Shown here one piece after another: positions 58,674-64,000 of a stretch of DNA of 64,000 nucleotides; the stretch's first letter is position 1, and every line of letters begins with the position of its first letter. The notes under the pieces were generated by a model. The model was given only the letters and a program-made list of their open reading frames with translations. It made no database searches and was not told the DNA's origin. The translations under genes were made by a program, and so were the position numbers. This stretch comes from an uncultured virus (IMG/VR IMGVR_UViG_3300046713_000279) (lineage: Duplodnaviria; Heunggongvirae; Uroviricota; Caudoviricetes), in the IMG/VR virus record IMGVR_UViG_3300046713_000279. One strand, written 5' to 3'.

Positions 58674-59060
58674 TCACAGCCACCTGTGCTTGAGGGCGTA
58701 GCCGCCATCGCGATCCGCCGTCCCATTACGGATTCCGTGCGGCTTGGGGGTGCCCTGGGGCCAGAGCGTGTGGCCGAGGCTGTAGACGAGATGAAAGCCC
58801 ATATCCATGCCGCCGCCGCCAGCGATCAGTCCTCCATGTTTGTTGTCGATCCGGTAGTTGAGCGCGTCGCGCGCCCAGCCATCGATCTTGACGATCTCAC
58901 CCTTGCGGGCGATGCAGAGCGAGATCGAGCGGGACATTCCGGATCTGGCGCAGTGCGTTAGCACCGTGTACACGGTATCGCCCGGCCGCAGCATCTTCTT
59001 GAGGTAGCGGATCGCCTCGGTCCGCTCCGCTTCCCGTGCCTTCGTACGCTTGGTACCCAT
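58674..59060 (-). CDS. Conserved-looking phage hypothetical protein
   Basis: AAGGAG RBS; VYTVL.H..RSGMSR.I; GGGMDMGFHLVYSL. Confidence 0.7.
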   Translation of the reverse strand: MGTKRTKAREAERTEAIRYLKKMLRPGDTVYTVLTHCARSGMSRSISLCIARKGEIVKIDGWARDALNYRIDNKHGGLIAGGGGMDMGFHLVYSLGHTLWPQGTPKPHGIRNGTADRDGGYALKHRWL

Positions 59061-59149
59061 GGTCTATCTCCTTCGGCCCCCAAGGGGCTCGTGGTTGGCT
59101 CTGTATCGCCGCACCGATGCAGGATCGGTGCGAGCTGGACAGCGGCAAG

Positions 59150-61584
59150 CTACAGCTTGCGGATCTCTTCCGGGGTCTGCCCGATGCACGCGGCGTGCTT
59201 GCGCTCGCTGTGGGTGATTCCAAGCCAGCAACACGAACACCGCGAGTCGTACCCGGGCCCCTCACCGTAGGTGGCCATGTTGCGACGCGTCGAATAGTCG
59301 GCGTGGCTCTCGACCATGGTGCGCTCGGCGAGTGCCCGCGAGCCGTCCTTCGGCTGGTAGGTCTCCAGGCGCCAGGGGCCCTCGAAACCAGCCACGGTGG
59401 AGCGACCGTACTTGTAGGTGAGTGTGATAAGGCGGTTCAAGGCGTCCGCCCGAGCTCACCCACCGAAGGAACGCACGCCACCTCTGGCAGGAACCACTCG
59501 TAACGCCCCACGTCCACTCGAACGATCTTGCCCTGGGAATCGCGGCGCGACTCGCGACGACGGATGGCCACGTGCGCCGTGCGAGCCTGCTCACGCTCCC
59601 ACGTGTAGCGCGTCGCCTCCACCGTCTTCACCGGGAGGAGTTCACGGGCGCGCTCACGCGCGGTGTCGAGGTCGGCGCCGAGGTTGTACTCGGTCGGCTG
59701 TCGGTTGTGAGAGTGAGGCCACTCATAGGCCCAAATTGTGGCGATGTAGGTGTGCTTGCGCTTGCGCATGGGTTACTCCGTGAGATACGGGACACTGCCC
59801 GCGCGCGCGGCGAACCACTGCACGAGTTGGTCCGCCGTGCGATCGCCAGGAACCGGATCGGGCCATGCGAGAGTCCAGCCGAGATCGGGAACCTCGCCCT
59901 CCGCGAACGCTTCGATCTGTAGCGGGCGGTAGTACACGTGCAGCGTGGAGAAATCGCCACGCATCAGGCGTGCATGCGCGGCGCGCGCGGCGCGATCTAC
60001 ATCGTTAATGTGGAATTGCGCGTGGAATTGCGCGTAACTGCGAGTTGGCATGTCGTACCTCCAAGAGGTGTCAAGGTGGATCAAGTCGCGGTGTCTGGCC
60101 ATCCTGCCAGTGGAATGCCTGACAGGATCGACGGGCGTCGCGCCTCAGAGCAGGTGCAGACCGCATGCCCAGTACGCCAGCGCCACGACAAGCGCCATGA
60201 GCGCAACGCTTGCCAGTGCCCAACCTCGCTCCGGTCGGGGTCGCATGTCGATGTCGGCGGTAACCCGGGTCGGCACACCCTGCCGCCTGGCGCGGCGCGC
60301 CATGAGGATGCAGGAAGGCCTGAGCGGGGTAGCGTGGCGACGGGTCAGAAACAGGCGCTGGAGTCGGTGGCCGGCGAATCCGTGCGCCGTGTAGCGCGCG
60401 AGGCGACGCGCCAGAAGGCGCACGTGTACGCCGGTACCGACACCGCTTGCGACCACGATTACCCCGCCCGAACCGGATGCGATGAGCGCTTGCATTAGTA
60501 GATCCTACACCGCACGGCACCCGGCATGCCCATCTCGACCACGTGCGTTATCGGTCCGCGGACCCACCGTGCCTGCTGCTCGTCATGCTCTCGCTGGCAC
60601 TGCCGCGACAGTGCCAGGAAGGTCGCGCCGCACATCTCGCACGCACAGCACGCCTCGATACGGTCGATGTGCCACTGATCGCAGTACTCCGCCTGCGAGC
60701 AGTACAGATCTCCGTAGATGCGTTGCCTGTGAGCGTCGTCGATCAGCGGATTCTTGTCGTTGCACCGGACGCAACGAGCGCGCGTACCGTATCCCGTGTG
60801 ACCGTAGAACCCGACCGTAGCGTCCCTTGCGCTCGGGATGTACGCCTCGGTACTCACTGGAGGGTCCCATCGCTGGTGATGTAGGTACCCGAACCCTGGA
60901 GATCCGCGCGCATGCTGCACATCCCGTCGCCATGGCCAGCGAGATACCCGGACAGCCACATGCTGGCCATGAGCGCTGACTTGGCCGGTACGTGGACATG
61001 CCACCACGTGGTGGGGCCGCTGTCCACGCGGAGGTTTTCGACCGTAGCGGCGATCTCTCCCTTCGTGGTGAGCAGGTGGGCGATTCGGCGCGCTTGCTCC
61101 TCGCCGAACGTGCCCAGGGAGACATTGACAGGCTTGCGTGCCATGGCTATCGCGCTCCTCGGTAGGGTTGGAGGTCGGACTCGTCGATCTGGACGCCCGC
61201 AACGGTCGTATCCAGCGCAGCGCACTCCAGATCCATCTTCCCATCGTACACGGCGAGCACCGTGTACACCCTCCCGGTCTCGAAGCACTCCCCCGGGGCC
61301 GTGGCGATGAGTTTGTCGCCCACCGTGACCGCCGCCTCCGCGACGCGGTGGAGGCTGCTATCCCACCGTACGCCGAATGGGTACAGCACGGGATGCTTGT
61401 CATCGCCGAACGTGCAGCACGCCACGTGGACGGACACCGCGTCCGGGTCGGGGCTGTCAGTGGGAAACGCCAGCGTGTTAGCCCACGCTCTCGCGTCATT
61501 TCGGGCCAGGACGATCCCCCGGTGCCCATCGCGGTAGTCGCAACGGACCGGAGTACCCGGCGCCAGTGTGTCAGTGTGCCCCAT
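59150..61584 (-). other. Cluster of about 7 small coupled hypothetical ORFs (59150-59440, 59437-59769, 59773-60102, 60145-60495, 60495-60857, 60854-61144, 61147-61584)
   Basis: Co-oriented with overlapping stop/start codons; begins next to the 61.6-61.9 kb control region. Confidence 0.55.
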
Positions 61585-61967
61585 GGGCCTAGCCTATCTA
61601 CCCGCCAAGCGGGTGTCAGGGTCCCGGCGGGAATCGCCGGGTCGGAAAGAGGTAGTGCAGGGGCCTTGCCAGTGGAAAGTCCGGCCCACTCCGGATGCCT
61701 TGCCTGAGCTTAGGCCTCCGGAGTGGTGGAAAGTGGGGGAAAACCTACCAGCTGGGGTGTCGGATCTGGTCGATTTCTGACACTCCGGAGTGGCTTCTGA
61801 CGGGCAGTTGGGGCACCTCACGCTCCGGCTTTGGCCTCCGGAGTGGGGTCTGGACGCCCCGTTTCCTGGCCCATGGGCTACAGACCCCAGATCGACATGC
61901 GCGGAAAGCCCGCCGAAACCCCACCCCGAGTCCACTAGAACCCCACGGGAACGCGCATGATGCCCGA
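61585..61967. promoter_or_regulatory. Divergent intergenic control region with repeated palindromes
   Basis: CTCCGGAGTGG at 61716, 61783 and 61836; GGCCTTGCCAGTGGAAAG at 61662. Confidence 0.55.
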
Positions 61968-62780
61968 ATGAAGACCCAAGACCCTCACTCCGAGCTCCAG
62001 GACGGGTTCGAGGTGGCTCCCCTGCCGCCCATCGGGCCCGATGGAGCGCCCCAGATCCCACCCCAGCGCACCGATCCTCCCGCCAGACCCTCCCTGTGCC
62101 AGGCCGGACCCTGCCAGCGCTACCACAGGCTCGTGGTCCAGGTGGATGCGGCGAACCCTGGCGCGGTTCGGGTGCCCATCGCGCTTCCGGAGGGGACCCC
62201 AGGGGCGGAACTGACCGCGGACGGGACGGTCTACCGCGCGCCAGCTGCGTTCCACGTCCAGACGCACCACTACTGCTACCCGGACACGGGGATCGAGATG
62301 CCCCTGGGTGCGCTCCCGGTGGTGGAGTGCAACCGGTGGGACCCCGACATCGATGTCGACGGCTTCTGGCCGGAGGATGGCATCCGGCCCGCCTCGCGCC
62401 GGAATGCCTTCCTGGCTTCACCCGCGGGTTTGACCTATCGCGACGCGGTCGCCTGCTGGGAAGAGGCGCGCGCCGCCGAGCAGACCGAGGCAGCGGAGGC
62501 CGAGCGGCTGATCGCCCGGTCTATGGACGAGACCCCGACCATCGCCTGCCAGGTGTGCGGCAAGAGGTTCGAGGAGCACGAGGTCGACGTCCAGATGCGC
62601 TGCCGATCGTGCGTCGGAGCCAGCCTGCAGCCTCGAGCCAACTTGCGCTACACGTCGCCGCACAAGTTCGCTCCAGGCAAGTTCAAGCGTGGTGACCGGG
62701 GCGGACAGCAGCCCGAGGAAACGTGCGACGTTTGCGGCTACGACCCCAGGAACGTTATCCACCACACGGAGACCCCATGA
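61968..62780 (+). CDS. Cys-rich hypothetical protein
   Basis: CQVCG, CRSC and CDVCG motifs; start position uncertain. Confidence 0.55.
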   Translation: MKTQDPHSELQDGFEVAPLPPIGPDGAPQIPPQRTDPPARPSLCQAGPCQRYHRLVVQVDAANPGAVRVPIALPEGTPGAELTADGTVYRAPAAFHVQTHHYCYPDTGIEMPLGALPVVECNRWDPDIDVDGFWPEDGIRPASRRNAFLASPAGLTYRDAVACWEEARAAEQTEAAEAERLIARSMDETPTIACQVCGKRFEEHEVDVQMRCRSCVGASLQPRANLRYTSPHKFAPGKFKRGDRGGQQPEETCDVCGYDPRNVIHHTETP

Positions 62781-63220
62781 GCATCGAGACCCTGAAGGAT
62801 GACCTGAAGGCCGTCATCAGCGCCCTGCCGAGCGGCCCCCTGACCACGGCCGCCGACATGGCGGGGTACCTGAAGAACAACCTCCTGCCTCTTATCGAGA
62901 CCGTCGTGAACGAGATGGAGGAGATGGACGGGTCCATCGAAGATCTTGTCGTCCACGGCCAGGACGTGATCCACGAGGAGACGGCGGCCGTGTTCATGGG
63001 CCTCATCACGAGCGGCATGACGATGGCCAAGGAGCTCGAGGACCTGGCCGCCAAGACCGGGGACAGCAAGCGGCTCCAGCCGCTCATCAAGGAGTGGCGC
63101 GAGCTCGCCGAGCAGGGCGCCGAACTGCTCGAGGACATCACGATCCCGGACCCCGATGCGGATGACCCTGACGAGACACCGGCGGTCCAGTCCACCCCGC
63201 CGCCGGGAGCCCAGGCGTGA
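62777..63220 (+). CDS. Acidic helical hypothetical protein
   Basis: GGAG RBS; ATGA overlap. Confidence 0.65.
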   Translation: MSIETLKDDLKAVISALPSGPLTTAADMAGYLKNNLLPLIETVVNEMEEMDGSIEDLVVHGQDVIHEETAAVFMGLITSGMTMAKELEDLAAKTGDSKRLQPLIKEWRELAEQGAELLEDITIPDPDADDPDETPAVQSTPPPGAQA

Positions 63221-64000
63221 AGGCCCCTCGAGCGAGCGTCGCGGAGGTCTCCGACACCCCGGAGGAGGATGCCGAGCTTGCGCCCGAGGGCGAGGGGGTG
63301 ACGGAGGAGTCGGTTGCCGCCGCTGCGCCCAAGAAGCCAGCGACGCCGCCGGTCCCCAGGCTGACCAAGCCGATGCAGGAGATCAAGCTCGGCGAGGATC
63401 AGGCGCTGAAGGACTACCTGGACATGCTGGGGCCGGACGGCTCCATTCGCGTCCGGATCAACCGAGAGGCACCGAAGACCGTTCGGGTGAACGGTCGCGA
63501 CTACCCGACCGCCGGACATCTCGACACGGTAAACGAGTGCATCGACGAGGAGTGGCTCAGGGAGCAGTACGGCGGCGGCACATACAAGCTGACCATCACC
63601 TCCCGGCGCCAGACCGAGGGGGGCTCGTTCAAGTACGCGGGCCACCGGCAGGTCGTCGTCGCAGGTGACCCGAAGATCGAGAAGCTCCCCACCAACGCCG
63701 TGGCCGCGACGCCGAGCGGCCCTGCGCCGGCCCCGGAATCAGCGGGCATGGTGAAGGAGGTGATGGGACTCCTGAAGGACGAACTGGGCCACGCTCGCGA
63801 GGCCAAGCCGCAGGGCATCGACCCCGCCGTGCAGATGGTCATCGACCAACTCCGCGATGACGCCAAACGGCGCGACGCCCAGATGGACAAGCTCCAGCAG
63901 CAGCTCGACCAGGCGAGACACCAGAAGCCTCCCGAGGACCCGTTCCGGGAGAAGATGCTCGACAAACTCATCGACGGGGACTCGGCGCGAGTCACCGCGC
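63217..64000 (+). CDS. Large coiled-coil protein, 3'-truncated (absent from the ORF track)
   Basis: GTGA overlap; frame open to the window end; MKAPRASV...EQYGGGTYKL...QMDKLQQQLDQA. Confidence 0.7.
   Translation, partial: MKAPRASVAEVSDTPEEDAELAPEGEGVTEESVAAAAPKKPATPPVPRLTKPMQEIKLGEDQALKDYLDMLGPDGSIRVRINREAPKTVRVNGRDYPTAGHLDTVNECIDEEWLREQYGGGTYKLTITSRRQTEGGSFKYAGHRQVVVAGDPKIEKLPTNAVAATPSGPAPAPESAGMVKEVMGLLKDELGHAREAKPQGIDPAVQMVIDQLRDDAKRRDAQMDKLQQQLDQARHQKPPEDPFREKMLDKLIDGDSARVTA

Overview
The whole window looks like the interior of a GC-rich temperate virus or extrachromosomal element. There are no host housekeeping genes, no rRNA and no CRISPR array. It holds about 100 short, tightly coupled ORFs (many ATGA/TGATG overlaps) in alternating strand blocks. 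Recognisable functions: tyrosine recombinase; a replication-initiator-like gene with an internal origin (two perfect DnaA boxes and a GATC cluster); two ParB-like proteins; a beta-clamp-like protein; a DNA-modification-like block (nucleotidyltransferase, DNA MTase, DGQHR protein, AAA ATPase, PAPS-reductase-family protein, Mom-like protein); a second MTase; RNA ligase; GP88; DUF5131; two ASCH-like proteins; a kinase and a phosphatase; two J-domain proteins; M23 peptidase; a lysozyme-like protein; and a degenerate tRNA-fMet. I see no tailed-phage hallmarks (terminase, portal, tail tube, tape measure). Instead there are many small C-terminally anchored membrane proteins sharing an N-terminal M-[AST]-Y...[LMV]G leader, and two families of modular beta-rich paralogues, one carrying an inserted ice-binding domain. 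Together these suggest a tailless, membrane-containing virus (inference; no capsid or packaging ATPase was positively identified). A palindromic motif, CTTKCCASTGGAAAG, recurs near gene starts. All family calls come from motif recognition by eye, not database searches.
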